Origin: Eledone cirrhosa
Taxonomy: Eukaryota
DNA length: 64,000 bases
Assembly: GCA_964016885.1 (NCBI GenBank)
Contig: OZ024740.1
Span: forward strand, 340,008,001 to 340,072,000
Direction: 5' to 3'
Position numbers and translations under genes: made by a program. The first letter of the stretch is position 1. The number at the start of each line of letters is the position of its first letter. Shown here in pieces: positions 42,001 to 55,321 of the stretch. The notes under the pieces were generated by a model. The model was not told where the DNA came from, did not search any database, and saw only the letters and a program-made list of their open reading frames with translations.

Positions 42001-44020
42001 GTCTGCATATGCAGGCATGTAAAACAGCAAAGAATGTGAATGAACAAAAACCATGAGCAAACGAGCACAAAACAAGTAAATGCATTCTACAAAGAAATAT
42101 GTGAATGTAACAAACTGATAATTCAAAGTCAATCTAAGGGAGCAGAGAAATTGCTCAATAAGTTCAAAGTTTTTCAAAGTCAAATAGTTCACACATCACC
42201 AGTGTACAGACTTTCTGACACTAGTTCTATCTGAAAACTGAAAAAGAAGTTTGTTAATGCCGTTAGGGGTGAGATGTTTTTGAGAGTTTTCGTGGTCATT
42301 TTACCGTCCTGCCACCTTGTGTGACATAAGGTTGTGTTGCTTTTTGTTAAAGCAAAGTCAATGAATCTTCTGTAGAGTAGCAAGTCACCAAACATGGCAG
42401 CCACGTCTGACGCCATAATGGTGAGAAAACTACCGTCTCAATTTCTCGAGTCCCTGTGGTAACGAGACAGAAGGTATGGTGGTTGCGTCGGTAAAGTTAC
42501 AAGCCATTTTGAAATTTCCGATGTGTGGTGGTTTGCGTCGGTAAGGCTATGAAGCTGCCATCTCACTATTCCCTGCCGTTGGCTAGTGGTCAAACAATGT
42601 TGTCGCTGCTGCTGCTGCTGTTGTCGTTGTTGATTGTAGACAGGACCTGTTGGTAGCCATTTTGAAATTTCCTCGTGGAGAAAAGTTTTTGAAATACTGC
42701 TAATTTTTCAAAAAAAATTTTGAAAGGAATATATTGTATTTTCGCAAGTTGCGAAAAGGCCGGCAACGCAGCAATAAAAGTTCAACTGTATAAAAAAGAA
42801 GGGCTGCGTTAAATTCTTACGTCGGGGTCACCACTTTAGCAGGGTTGATGAATGATTGGTCAGGGTAGAAGTATGAAGGTCGTCATGGTGACAGTGTCCA
42901 GTGTAGCTGTGGCCAGTGGTCACAGTGTGGTAAAGTGATAGTATCCTCGTTGGATTGTCTTGTCGACATAGACGTGAGGGAAGGTCCCTCGATCTATTTA
43001 CCATCCTTGTATTTACAATATTCCTTTCGTCAGGTCGCCAATTCCAGCAGCATGGATTATAGATGTTATTGAGACACGAGTAACATAATAATGATTTCAA
43101 CAGCAGAAATTAGAGATGAAATGTATGTTTATTTTTGGTGTAGCACAAACAATGTTTGTTAACTTATATGGTTGAAGTTACATCTAAAAAGAGGTTACAA
43201 AAGGGAATGTGCCATTGCGCCGGAAAGCCGGCGAGGCTATGGGTGCAAAATCACTCCGTTACATTGTGCGTGTTGCTGGTTCGAAGTTCCTGGTACAAGA
43301 AGAAAGATTCTTCAAATCTTCGTGGGGAATTTCTTCCTCAGGGCGCGTAGGGATACATCCTCTTCTACTGGTGCTGATTGGCTGAACTGAGCCAAATCAC
43401 GCACAGAGAATGTATGTGAACCCGCGGAATGTAGGTCACAACAAGTCCATCATGAAGATTGTCCCACTGTCCTTCTTTAACCAGGAAAGGCAGGCAGTTT
43501 TTATTTGCCTGGTGACCGTGGTAAAAGAGGTTGTATAGTGGATACGTTTGAAACAGTTGAAGACAAGCATTTTCCTCTTTGACAAAGCTCTGATTAGCTT
43601 TTTCTGGTTTCATTTGAAGAGGAAAATCAAGGTAGAGAGGCAAGTGCTATCTTCTAGTAAGTTTGTTGAAAGGTGGGTGAAAGTGGCGAGTCTAGTCCGA
43701 GTGAACGGGCCCGCTCTGAGTATGCGCCTGTAGACTAAGGAGTTGGAGAACTGAGAGAGGGTGCTTGCCCTGGTGGTCAGGGTGGCTGTGGTCTTTTGTG
43801 TGGTTTTCGCTCAGAGGTTTCTCCCCTATTGGGGAATTTTTGTTGTTTGAATTTTTTTAATTTGTTTTTACACATTTCTATTTTCTTGTTATAACCTTTT
43901 TACATGGCCAGAACCCACTTTGTATCATCCTATACTGTTCTGTGCCATCTGTAATGTTTTTCTTCATATTAGTCCTTGTGGCCAATAAAGAAACTATTAT
44001 TACTACTACTACTACTACTT
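39050..44020 (+). mobile_element. Decayed L1/Tx1-clade LINE interrupted by an LTR element
   Basis: PGLDGLPYELY, NLRPITLL, RSIHNNL, C-terminal CPRC..HTLIQC knuckle; resumes after 43447; AATAAA plus (TAC)n tail at ~43985-44020; 5' boundary approximate. Confidence 0.8.
40601..43443 (-). mobile_element. Non-autonomous LTR retrotransposon (Gypsy-like)
   Basis: LTRs 42835-43443 (609 bp) and 40601-41192 (592 bp, 17-bp deletion); PBS TGGTGACCCCGACGT complementary to the tRNA-Trp 3' end at 42819-42833; 4-bp TSD AGTC; no long internal ORF. Confidence 0.9.
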
Positions 44021-44476
44021 CAGTGTCATATAGAGATATAGTTTTATTTTATTACGTGACTTTCACTTCATATATCTAGGAAGATATCTCACATGTCTAT
44101 TTAGTCAATATTGTATCTTTATATATATTACTAATATGATACCATTGTGTGAAAAGTCAATAAGGTATATTTATGCATGGTCACTGCAAAGCAATGAGCA
44201 GTGACCATGACCTTAACTATGAATGGTAGAGGAGAGGTAAGAAGAAACCTTGACAGATGGTTTATCCTTTGACCGGAAATCTGATCCAAATCCTTAAAAC
44301 AGAGTGAACTCTGCTAAAGACACCAAAGAACCAGGTGTAGTGTTAATCTAGGTACACATTAAGTGTACCAACCAATAAGAGTTTGTCTGATGGGCTTCTA
44401 TACAGTTTCTGTCAAACTGTATAGAACTCACAAGACTTCAACCATAACTTAGTAAGGGTTCAGTTATATCACTCAC

Positions 44477-44509
44477 ACTCTTCTTTCAGTATATTGCCAT
44501 TACTCATAA
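44477..44509 (-). CDS. Candidate 33-nt host gene exon ((I)MSNGNILKEE)
   Basis: GTGAGT donor, weak tgtgtatAG acceptor; symmetric phase 1 and open, so optional for the frame. Confidence 0.45.
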
Positions 44510-45361
44510 CTATACACACATTCATATATAGATAATGGTTTCTTTATAGACCAGTAGGACTGAAACATTCATATATAGATATTACCTCACTTCAGCACAA
44601 AAACACTACATATATTAAGGAAACACACGATTAAAATACTCAAAATTAATGCAAATAGTTTCTAATAACCTCTCATAGTAGCCTCATATATATAGACCCT
44701 ACAAACTCAGAGATACAAAACAATCTGGAGAAGAAAGGTATGGAAGCTGAAAGATCATTCAGCCATACATAGATTTAAAGAAGTACTGAGCATGGCATAT
44801 TATGAGAAAGGGGAGTAGATATTGATTTTAAACAACTAGGAGTCTCTACAAACAACTTGCTGCAAGCCACATACTAGATCTGTGGATGATTCCAACAAAA
44901 TGAAAGTTGATATGGTGAGGAACTGGTACAGTAAATAAATCCATAAAAGCTAAGTGACACACCTAGAAGAAAGTAGGGAGCAAGGAGCAATATCAGTTAG
45001 CAAGGAGAGAAGTTAGATGTCAGGTAAATGTAATAATGAGGGAAGTTGAAATTAAGAGATTTGCAAATGTTCTGCAATGAAAATATCAGAAGTGTGAGGT
45101 ATGAAATGCAGTACTTGTTTGTGTCAGGTGGGGTACCACCAATACCCTTTTCAGATAACTACAGAAGTTCTTAGTTAAATGCAAGCCACTATACAGTATT
45201 TAGTATTTGTCAATTTGGAGAAGGAATTTGACAGGGTATCATGCTCTGTACTCAGGTGGTTGCTAAGAAAACTAATTCAGATGATCAAAGAAGAATTTAA
45301 GACAAGCTATCCAAACAACTTCTGTATGCTGTTAGTTTTCGTAGCTGAATCTTTCAAAGAA

Positions 45362-45577
45362 TTAACCCCTTAGCATTTAAACCGGCCATATCTGGCCAGA
45401 ATTCTCTCACCTTTTCCTTTTCAAACCAGCTGCAACCAGCTGCTCATACATATGTTAATGAACTATTCTCAAAATAAATAATATCAAAATCTCATAGATT
45501 CGTTATTATGTGAGATAAAGCCTTTACCATGAAAATACAATAGTATATATAAAGTAATGTAAATACTAAAAGGTTAA
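45362..45577 (+). mobile_element. piggyBac-type MITE nested in the RTE remnant
   Basis: TTAA-CCCCTTAGCATTT..AAATACTAAAAGG-TTAA. Confidence 0.8.
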
Positions 45578-45679
45578 AGAATCAAAACTTAGAGGCCAGT
45601 GATAAACCTAACAAAGACAAAAATATTAGTTAGCAGGAAAAAAGATAGATTTCTACTGCTATCTGTGAAAGGGTATAGG

Positions 45680-45975
45680 TAGGGCCGGATTTAATGGGGG
45701 GCAAAGGGGCCAATTTTCCTGGGCCCCCTACAGTGGGGGACCCCACCAGCGATGGCCGTAGCAATTTATTTGTGCCCTCAGCTGGGCTTTTTAGTTTTAG
45801 AATGGTTAGAATTTTTGAATTTAATACATGTATGTATAACTTTTCAATTCCAATTACTTGCACCAAGCTAACTTTGATATGAAAAATTGGGGGGTTTGCT
45901 GTGTGTTCTAATTTTTTGTGTATGACCCAAAACTTGAAGTGTCCTAGGTTCCCCCAAGGTCTAAATCCAACTCTG
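45680..45975. mobile_element. hAT-type MITE nested in the RTE remnant
   Basis: Imperfect TIR TAGGGCCGGATTTA/TAAATCCAACTCTG; 8-bp TSD GGTATAGG at 45672-79 and 45976-83. Confidence 0.8.
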
Positions 45976-46780
45976 GGTATAGGTAGGAATTCCTTATGGT
46001 GTACCCAATGTAAATTAAGGATGCATCAGAGAAGCAGTAAAATCACAGGTGGAGAAAAATGAGCTTTTTATGTAGCAAATATACTAGAGTAGACAGTAGT
46101 ATGAACACCCATGTAAAGAATTCTTTCAAATACCCAGACGGCTTCTTATAAATAATCAACAGATGATGTTTCCTAGGTGACCTATGCAGCAGTAGAGATG
46201 GGTCTTTGAAAGTAAGTTGCTAGAGTAAGAACAGGGTAGAAGTTCAGAGAGCAACTACTTCTACTGGCAACACATGGATTCTTTCTCCAAGTAAAAGGCA
46301 AATTGTATGCTGCTTGCATACAAAGGATATTACATGATAGGAAAATTTGGGGATTGAATGCATAAGATGCACATAGACAAGAGAGAAATAAGGTGAAGAA
46401 CAGAACACAATTGAGCTAGAGGAAAAATGTATATAAGAAAAATCTGATGAAAGAAAAGACTGAGCTGGTATGGACATATAATATATATGGAAGATGATAG
46501 CTGGGTAAAGAGGTACTAAGTGATCCAAGTGAAAGTAACTTGCAAAAAAGGAAGACAGGAAGAAGTGTTAAAGCCTGATCTTAGGATACTGAAATTCTGA
46601 AAGAGATGACAAGGACAGCAACAAATGGTAAAACACTTTTCTGGAGAAGACCTGTCCAATACAACATGATCAAGTAAACCTTAAATGATGATGATGATGA
46701 AAAGTGTATCTGTTAGAAATTTTCTACAGACCTGCTTCATACAAAAACCTGAAAGAATATAGAAAAACTGTAACACTTAC

Positions 46781-46802
46781 TGCGAGAGTCTAATTCAATT
46801 TT
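46781..46802 (-). CDS. Host gene microexon (KIELDSR)
   Basis: Strong ctctttctttttgttctgtttcAG acceptor, GTAAGT donor; 22 nt, converts phase 0 to phase 1 exactly as required. Confidence 0.7.
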
Positions 46803-47824
46803 CTGAAACAGAACAAAAAGAAAGAGAAATTAAGTAACATGTTTAACATATAGAAAACTATTGGTTGTTTGTGTTTAGGGGTGTTTAGGCATGTTATAGG
46901 TCTTGGAAGAAGTCTCACTTTTACCTTTACATTATCATATTTCTAATGAAAGACACTGCCTATAATTTTCAAATAATTTTGAAAATAATCCAGAATTTGG
47001 AGAGATTTAGTCATGTAACTTTTTCATTATTCATATGGGGTTTGGAGCATAACTTAAAAAAGAGAAATGGGGAAAAATCCAAACCTTGTTTATAAGCCAA
47101 GACAGTTAATCAACACATCATGTTTAGATGGTGAATATAAGCCGACACCCCCAACCACCCATTTTACCATCGATTTTTTGGTCATATTCCTCGGCTTATA
47201 TTCAGCCCACACTGTAAAGTGCTCATGTAGGTGTCATGACAAAAAGCATCCAGCCCACACTGAAAAGTGGTTCCGTTGGTGTCCTGACAAAAAGCACCTG
47301 GTACTCACTGTAAATGTGGTTGGCATTATGAAGGGCATCCACCTGTAGAAACCAAGCCCAAATCAATTCTGTATGAGCAAGACATGGTCACCTGACCTGG
47401 TCTATCTCACAACAGGACAACTTGTCTAACCCAGGCTAGTGTGGGGGAAAGGGACATTAAATGGTGATGATGATACAGTAAACAGACTTTTTTTATGCAA
47501 AACTATGGCAGTTTAGTATCAAAAGGGTTCAACATTTTAAAATACTCAGAGAATAAACAGTAAATTATCAGTAGCCAGTTCTTTACATCATCCTCATCAT
47601 GTCTGTCAATATTTGACATCTTATTTTGAGAACAATGACAACATTAGAGGAACCAAAAAACTACAGTATTCAAAGGAATATTTCTTCTTGTTATAACAAA
47701 AGCAATAATGATTTTCTTAATATAGTGTTAGTATATTTTTTCCATTCATATTTACAGTACTTTCATTAGGGATATTTGCTGAAGGTGAACTATAAAATGT
47801 AACTGTATACAGCAAATGTGGAGG

Positions 47825-49185
47825 CATGTGTTCACTGTGGAAACGTGTTCACTGCATAAGAAGTATATGCTCGCTGTGTAAGGAACATGTGTTCACTATG
47901 GAAAAGTGTGTACAATGTAGAAAGAGTATGAGTTCAGTATGTAAGGAGTATGTGTTCACTGTGGAAGCATGTGTTCACTGTGGAAGCATGTGTTCACTAT
48001 GGAAGTATGTGTTCACTATGGAAGTATGTGTTCACTATGGAAGCATGTGTTCACTATGGAAGTGTGTGTTCACTGTGGAAGTATGTGTTCACTATGGAAG
48101 TATGTGTTCACTATGGAAGCATGTGTTCACTATGGAAGCAGGTATTCACTATGGAAGAAGGTGTTCACTATGGAAGGTGTTCACTATGGCGCATGTGTTC
48201 ACTATGGAAGCATGTGTTCTATAGAAGTATGTGTTCACTATGGAAGCATGTGTTCACTGTGGAAGCATGTGTTCACCGTGGAAGCATGTGTTCACTGTGG
48301 AAGCAGATGTTCACTATGGAAGTATGTGTTCACTATGGGAGCAGATGTTCACTATGGAAGTATGTGTTCACTATGGAAGCATGTGTTCACTATGGGAGCA
48401 GATGTTCACTATGGAAGCAGGTGTTCACTGAGGAAGCAGGTGTTCACTGTGGAAGAAGGTGTCCATTATAGAAGCATGTGTTAACTATGGAAGCATGTGT
48501 TAACTATGGAAGCAGGTGTTCACTGTGGAAGCAGATGTTCACTATGGAAGCATGTGTTCACTATGGAAGTATGAGTTCACTATGGAAGTATGTGTTCGCT
48601 ATGAAGCAGGTGTTCATTGTGGAAGCAGATGTTCACTATGGAAGTATGTGTTCACTGTGAAAGTATGTGTTCACTATGGAAGTATGAGTTCATTATGGAA
48701 GCATGTGTTCACTATGGAAGCATGTGTTCACTATGGAAGCATGTGTTCACTATGGAAGCATGTGTTCACTATGGAAGCATGTGTTCATTATGGAAGCATG
48801 TGTTCACTGTAGAAGCATGTGTTCACTATGGAAGTATGAGTTCACTATGGAAGTATGTGTTCGCTATGAAGCAGGTGTTCATTGTGGAAGCAGATGTTCA
48901 CTGTGGAGGCATGTGTTCACTATGGAAGTATGTGTTCACTATGGAAGTAGGCGTTCACTATGGAAGCAGGTGTTCACTATGGAAGCAGGTGTTCACTATG
49001 GAAGTAGGCGTTCACTATGGAAGCAGGTGTTCACTGTGGAAGCAGGTGTTCACTATGGAAGCATGTGTTCACTGTGGAAGCACATGTTCACTGTGGAAGC
49101 ATGTGTTTACTATGGAAGTATGTGTTCACTATGGAAGTATGTGTTCACTATGGAAGTATGTGTTCACTATGGAAGTATGTTCATT
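47825..49185. repeat. 19-bp minisatellite (ATGTGTTCACTATGGAAGC), ~70 copies
   Basis: Direct tandem repeats with substitution variants and no unique spacers. Confidence 0.95.
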
Positions 49186-49259
49186 ATGCAACTATAGAGG
49201 GGTGTATTAATTCTATGAGTATACTATGTTGAAAACAGTGATAACTGTGAAATAAACTA

Positions 49260-49689
49260 TCTCTATATATATAAAATTCTTTGTCTCTCTGTCTGTCTGT
49301 TCCTATGCATTCTCAAAGGGCTGAACCAAATCAAATCAAATAGACCCCCATCCCTCCAGGAGTGTCAACATGTAATTTTTATTTTCATTTGGATTAAAAC
49401 AATATAACATTTTATCTAATATAATATTTCTAACTATAGTAAACCACTACCACCAGCACCTCAACGTCACATTTTGTATATGAGTGTGTATATTGCTTAC
49501 CCTAAGGTGCTTCAAGATTGACAGATTTTCATTTCTAAATTCTATTATCATTACAATTTTGATATTTTTTTAATAAAATATAGATATTTTGAAATAATTA
49601 TGACAGAAAAATACATTTCTTCATACTTATTGTTTACTAATCTGAATAAGAACAGCAGTAACCCGGGCAACGCCGGGTAATTCAGCTAG
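49260..49689 (+). mobile_element. Non-autonomous Helitron
   Basis: A|TC start, subterminal hairpin CCCGGGCAACGCCGGG, CTAG|T end. Confidence 0.8.
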
Positions 49690-49962
49690 TAATTCTATAT
49701 AATATATAGAAATGATATTACCATTTAAAAGAGGGGATATTGAAATATACAGGAGTGATATTGTCCCATAAAATACACATCATGAATCTGCATTTCTATA
49801 TATTTATTTTCTGTGCATAACGTTTTATAAAATCTATGTAGGTTTTTTTTTCTTTTTATCTCCCTTCTTTCTCACTCTTATGACTTTACTAACAAAATCC
49901 TCTCTTCCTGTTCCTCATAGATGCTCTGATGTTTATATTGTGTTGAGAGAGAGAAAAAGAAG

Positions 49963-51456
49963 TCATCATCAGCATCATCGTTTAACGTCCATCTTCTACG
50001 CTTGCATGGGTTTGGACGGGAGTTTTCCCACTTGAGACAAGATTGGTTGTCTTGCTCGTATAGGACTGTCTGGCGGGTTTTCTATGGCTGGATGCCCTTC
50101 CTAACACCAACCACGTTTACAGTGTGGACTGGGAGGTTTTTACCGTGTTAACTACACGGCCACATTACAGCGTGGACTGTGTGTTTTTTTTTTTTCGTGA
50201 CACCTACACAACCTCATTTATTTGGGACTGGATGTTGTGGTACCAACATAATATTACATCGAAAGGAGTGGTGTGGATGGGGTGGGGGTGGTAGGACGGG
50301 GGTGTAGTTTTGTTAGAGGTGCCTACTGACTGTAGGTTTCGCTTTGTACTTAGGCAAGGCGGGTCTTCTGTATTACTGTGTAGCGCCAAAGATCTCGGTC
50401 CAGTGACATTGTCTTGGAGAGGTGTAAGTGTGTGAGGTCGGAATTTATCAAGTCGTCCCAGGTTTTTCTGGGTCTGCCTACTCCGTAGCTACCGTCTATT
50501 TTGATCGCCCTGCACTTTTTTATACAGCTGTCGTCTTTCATGCGCATCACGTGACCATACCAACGTAGTCTTCTCTTGAGTAAACAACATCTGATTCCTC
50601 TTATTCCTAATTTCTCCCTTAGTTCATTTATGCTTTGCCGTTCACGTATATTACTATTACACATCCAGCGGAGCATGCAAGCTTCGTTCCTCTCCAGTCT
50701 GCGTATATCCTCTGCACACAATGCCCAGGTCTCACTGCCATGTAACATTGCTGTTCGTATGCAGGCATCATACAGCCTGCCTTTCATTTTTAGAGAGAAC
50801 CCTTTGGTGGCCAATAGTGGTATAAGCTTTCTAAACTTTTTCCATCCTCTTCTTACTCTAGTTACTGTGTACTTTCAGAGCACCCTCCACCACTGCTGAT
50901 TTTGTCACCCAGGTAATGGAAGGTGTCCACTATTTCTATAGAACCATCTGTGCAATGGAATGAGCTAGTATTCCGTGGGCACTTGCTGCTACTTATTGCA
51001 CCTGAGCACCGGCCACATGTAAAATCTATATTCTTAGTTAGCTTACCTGTGATCCCACTACATCTTTTATGCACCCATACTTTGCATTTGGGACATAAAA
51101 TGGAGTTTCTTCTGCCTACTCCTTTCCTACACACTGAGCATGGCCATTTCCCAGATGGGACCAGTGCTCTATTTTCCTTTCTACAAACTAGAACTTTAGT
51201 CTTAGACAAGTTAATTTTAAGGCCTTTTGATTCTAGGCCATGCTTCCATGTTTGGAATTTCTTCTCTAGTTCAGCCATTGATTCAGCTATGAGCGTTAGA
51301 TCATCTGCGTATAGAAGTTCCCATGGTCAGCCGGTCTTGAACTCCTCTGTTATAGCCTGAAGGGCAATAATAAATAGTAGGGGGCTAAAGACGGAGCCCT
51401 GATGAACACTAACTTTTACGCTAAACTCTTCACTATATTCGTTGTTAATTCTAACG
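49963..51456 (-). mobile_element. RTE LINE family A, 3' portion, disrupted
   Basis: VRINNEYSEEFSVKV to RYTVIQKTRLA with stops and frameshifts, 3' UTR and (GAT)n tail. Confidence 0.92.
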
Positions 51457-51799
51457 TATAAGAAAGGGTGAAAGAGAGAAAGAAAGAGAAAGAGAGTGTA
51501 AGAGAGATGATGTGTAATAGAATACAAGTTTTTTTTCGTGACCAGAGAGAGAAAGAGAAAAAGTAAGAGAGAGGAAGATCAAAGAAGACTAAAGGAGGAA
51601 GAAAAACAGTTTGAAATTACAAATACTATGCCCCTTGTTGTGTGTAATAGAATATGAGAGTAAATGACAGAGAGAGAGAGAGAGACATACACCAAGAGAG
51701 GGAGAAGGAGGTGTACATCAAGAGAAAGAAGTACAGAGAAAGAGAAGTAGAAAGTGGAAAAGTGAAAGAATGTTATATATTTATAATTTGAACATTACA

Positions 51800-52018
51800 T
51801 TAACCCTTTAGCATTCACATTATTTTATATATACTATTATATTTTCATGGTAAAGGCTTTACCTCACATAATTATCTCACATAATATCGAATCTATGAGA
51901 TTTTGAAAGTATTTATTTTGAGAACAATACCTTAACATAAGTTTGAGCAACCAGTTACAGCCAGTTTCAACATAAAAAGGTAGAGAATTCTGGCCGGTTT
52001 GAACACTAAAGGGTTAAT
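51800..52018 (-). mobile_element. piggyBac-type MITE
   Basis: TTAA-CCTTTTAGCATT..CACTAAAGGG-TTAA. Confidence 0.75.
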
Positions 52019-52199
52019 TAAATGTGTTGCTCAGACAATGATCATATTTCTTTTGTATTAAGTTTTATATATACCAACTCACATTAATATAATATTGGTC
52101 TCTAATTTCCTAATGGTGTATATTTAGAAGAATTTCAATAGACAGTTATCCATCCATCTAGGAAACTTCTATCTTCAACTTCAATTCATCCATGTCAAG

Positions 52200-52485
52200 T
52201 CTTTAAAAAATGTCAGCTAGAATGCTTTGCTGTGTACATTCTGGCTTTCTGCCTCTTCAGTTTAAATACTGCTGAGGTCATCTTTGCCTTTCATCTTTTT
52301 TAGGTCAATAAATAAAGTACCAGTAAAATACTGGAGTCAATTCTTACTCCATATCTCTTTCTCACTTCCTCTCTATCTTTGGAAGAAATCGGCTGTGTTC
52401 AGGCCTGGAGAGGAATAGACTGACAAGTTTTAAAGCACCCAATACATGCCATATGCCACATAGTGCCTCTATGACTATGTGGAGG
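52200..52485 (+). mobile_element. Degenerate tRNA-derived SINE
   Basis: Body and tail homologous to 37770-38050. Confidence 0.6.
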
Positions 52486-54193
52486 TAAAGGTCCATGGAA
52501 CAGAGATTATATTACTGTATATAGATTTCTATTATTAAATATAGAATTGATATTCTTATATATAATTATATGACAATGTATAGTATATATAGATGATATT
52601 AAAATATATGGAAATTATAGGTGGTTAAAAAATTTTGTTTTACAACCACATGGTTTCAGGTTTCAGGTTTCATTTTACTGCATTACATATTGCATATATG
52701 TCTTCATCTATAGTTATGGGTTAACAAATGCCTTGCAAATGCATTTGGTACATGGAAACTGTGAGGAAGTTTTTTGTATGTGTATGTACATACATACATA
52801 CATGATGGCTGAAAACTCTGCTAGGAGTATTGCAATCGCTTGTTAGATTACAGGAAATTGTGCACTTTTAGGCTACGGCCAGCAACACGAACCTGTAACA
52901 GATCCTGAACAAGCAATGCCTGTGCTTTGAAAGTTTTTTAAGTGGGGAAAGGCCTACATACATATATACAAATGAAAGAAAAGAACAATCAATCAACACA
53001 TAATTTGTAAGAATATTTATATTAATTTTTGACTTATGCATTATCAGTGGTTTCATATACATGAATACATCTAACTGCTCCAGATACATTTATATAAGTG
53101 GCAACAAAATGGTTAGCAGTGGAAGATGACATGAGAGAGCAGGAAGAGGGAGTGACAATGATACAAATGAAGATAGTTGTAAGTGGGGTGGGCATTAAGG
53201 GAGTGACTAGATATAGATAGGCCAAGTGCCACACCCTGCTATATGATGATGTTGCACAGCTAGTGATAGATAGGAGGATATGGTAATGTGTAACAGAGGG
53301 GACTTAAAAGAGACATTTTGGACACTTTGCTGGGTGTGTGTGTCTGTGCGCATGCGTATTTGCATATTCAACCTAATATTATATCTAAGCTTTATGTCAG
53401 CAGTAGTCCTCTGTGGATTGCAAGGTTAAACAGAAAAGTTCAACATTTGTTTATTTTACATGAACATTTACAATTCCTATAAGACAGTGTTGACATCTCA
53501 GCTTATTCAGGAATGATATATAGAATAATAAATCATTGAAATTTGTCTTTTCTCAACCAAACATATAATTCCGTCTAATATTCATTTGAAAAAGTTATCT
53601 AAGAAGAATTTCTAACCAGTTTAAAAGCTCTAAGTATGTGGTATGCATGACTACACTGAAAAGATATGGAGGAAGGAGGTTGCAAATAATTGAGTTATTT
53701 GCTCAGTTAAGGTCAATGGTTGTCAGTGTAAGAAATATGTCTAGTTATTAGTGTGGGCAGTATAGTGTAAATGAGTGAAAGGGTGTATTATTCACTTACT
53801 AAACTGTAACGACCAGCAATTGAAATGCTGTCCTCAATTCAGTATCTTAAAACAGGTTTGGCAGCTTTTTATGTGTGGGTGTCTTTATAGTTTAGTTTAA
53901 ATAATGGGACATGTCGACCTGAATGAAAATTATTAATGGCAGAAACAAAACAGAAACTATGACTGTGGAAAGTGGGGCAAAATAATAGAAATTATGAAGC
54001 TAGAAAATTTAATATTCAATGTAGGGGTTCTGCAATTTCTCACATAGATCTTTACATATTGTTATTAAATATTTGTTTTTGTTATTAAATATTTGTTACA
54101 TATTGTTATTAAATATTTGATACATATAAACCTATACAAACCATAATATACTATATTAAATCTCTGAGGCACGTCCATACATACTATAATATA

Positions 54194-54397
54194 CAGGGTG
54201 TATCAAAAAGAATTGTTTGATTTAAAAAAACTATATCTTTTTAACAAATGACCATATAATCAAACAGTAACTTGTCTAAAACATGTCTGAATATAAAGTT
54301 TTATTCTTTTACAACTTTTATAAATTTTTATAAAGTTATTTACAGTTTTTACATGTCTTTCAGTTAGCTTTGAGTTTATTATTTTTGATACACCCTG
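54194..54397. mobile_element. Tc1/mariner MITE
   Basis: TA-CAGGGTGTATCAAAAA..TTTTTGATACACCCTG-TA. Confidence 0.85.
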
Positions 54398-55108
54398 TAC
54401 TATATCAATTCTGACACCTACTCATGTCCGTACATATCATAATGCAAAATCTATGACATATCTATACATACCAAAGTACAATATTTCCTAAAGGGTGTTC
54501 TCAGGAACCCCAAGGATTTGCAAAAAATTCTGGGGTTAACCAAGATAAAATGTCTTTTAATAAACATTCAATTTAAAAATTGTCTTTTTCTTTTAAATAT
54601 TAATAAATTCTCTCTCTAAAGTAATTTTTGTAATCATTTAATATCTTATGAATATTAGAGTAGTAGAGATTATCTGTGAAATGTAGGTATGAGTTCTACA
54701 ATTTTATTTTTAGAAAACTACATAAGAGTTCTAGAATTTTTGAAAAGCTACATAAGAGCTCTATAACAAATTTGGGAATTACAACCCAAATAATATATAT
54801 ATGACACATAGATCCATATACACTTTAATATTATATCTGGGACATACATATGCAGCATTGCCTCAGATATGCAAGCTGTACTCTGTGTACCTAGGCTGTT
54901 TGTGTGCATAGTAGCAGCACTTTCAGATATTGGAGGAATGCATTAATGTGAGTCTATGATATCTGTATGAGTATAAAATAACAACACAGTCATAGATGTG
55001 TAAGAGTGTTTGTGTGAACAGTAAACTAAAATGTGTTCTCCTTGAACTATGTCAAAGAACAGCAACTGTTCACATCTGAAATTATTTTCTGGCCATGAAG
55101 AGCAAAGT

Positions 55109-55321
55109 TTAACCCTTTAGCATTTAAACTGGCTGTATCAGGCCAGAATTCTCTCACCTCTTTCTGTTCAAACTGGCCATAACTGGCCACTCATACAGAT
55201 GTTAAGGTATTGTTCTCAAAATAAATAATATCAACATTTCATGGATCTGATGTTATGTGAGATAAAGCCTTTACCATGAAAATACAATAGTAAATATAGA
55301 ATGTAAATGGTAAAGGGTTAA
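55109..55321 (+). mobile_element. piggyBac-type MITE
   Basis: TTAA-CCCTTTAGCATTT..TAAAGGG-TTAA. Confidence 0.85.

Larger units (their letters stand above)
44850..46700 (+). mobile_element. Highly decayed RTE LINE
   Basis: YLVFVNLEKEFDRV, ARVRTG, WYGH remnants; (GAT)n tail at ~46690. Confidence 0.75.

Noticed and set aside
47587-47619. Possible 33-nt phase-0 exon (MSNIDRHDEDD) of the host gene
   Set aside because: Frame-compatible, but the acceptor (aaaataAG) and donor (GTAAAG) are weak; not supportable without transcripts.
47825-49185. CRISPR-like array or zinc-finger gene
   Set aside because: Contiguous repeats without unique spacers, no cas genes, eukaryotic context, and no C2H2 spacing.
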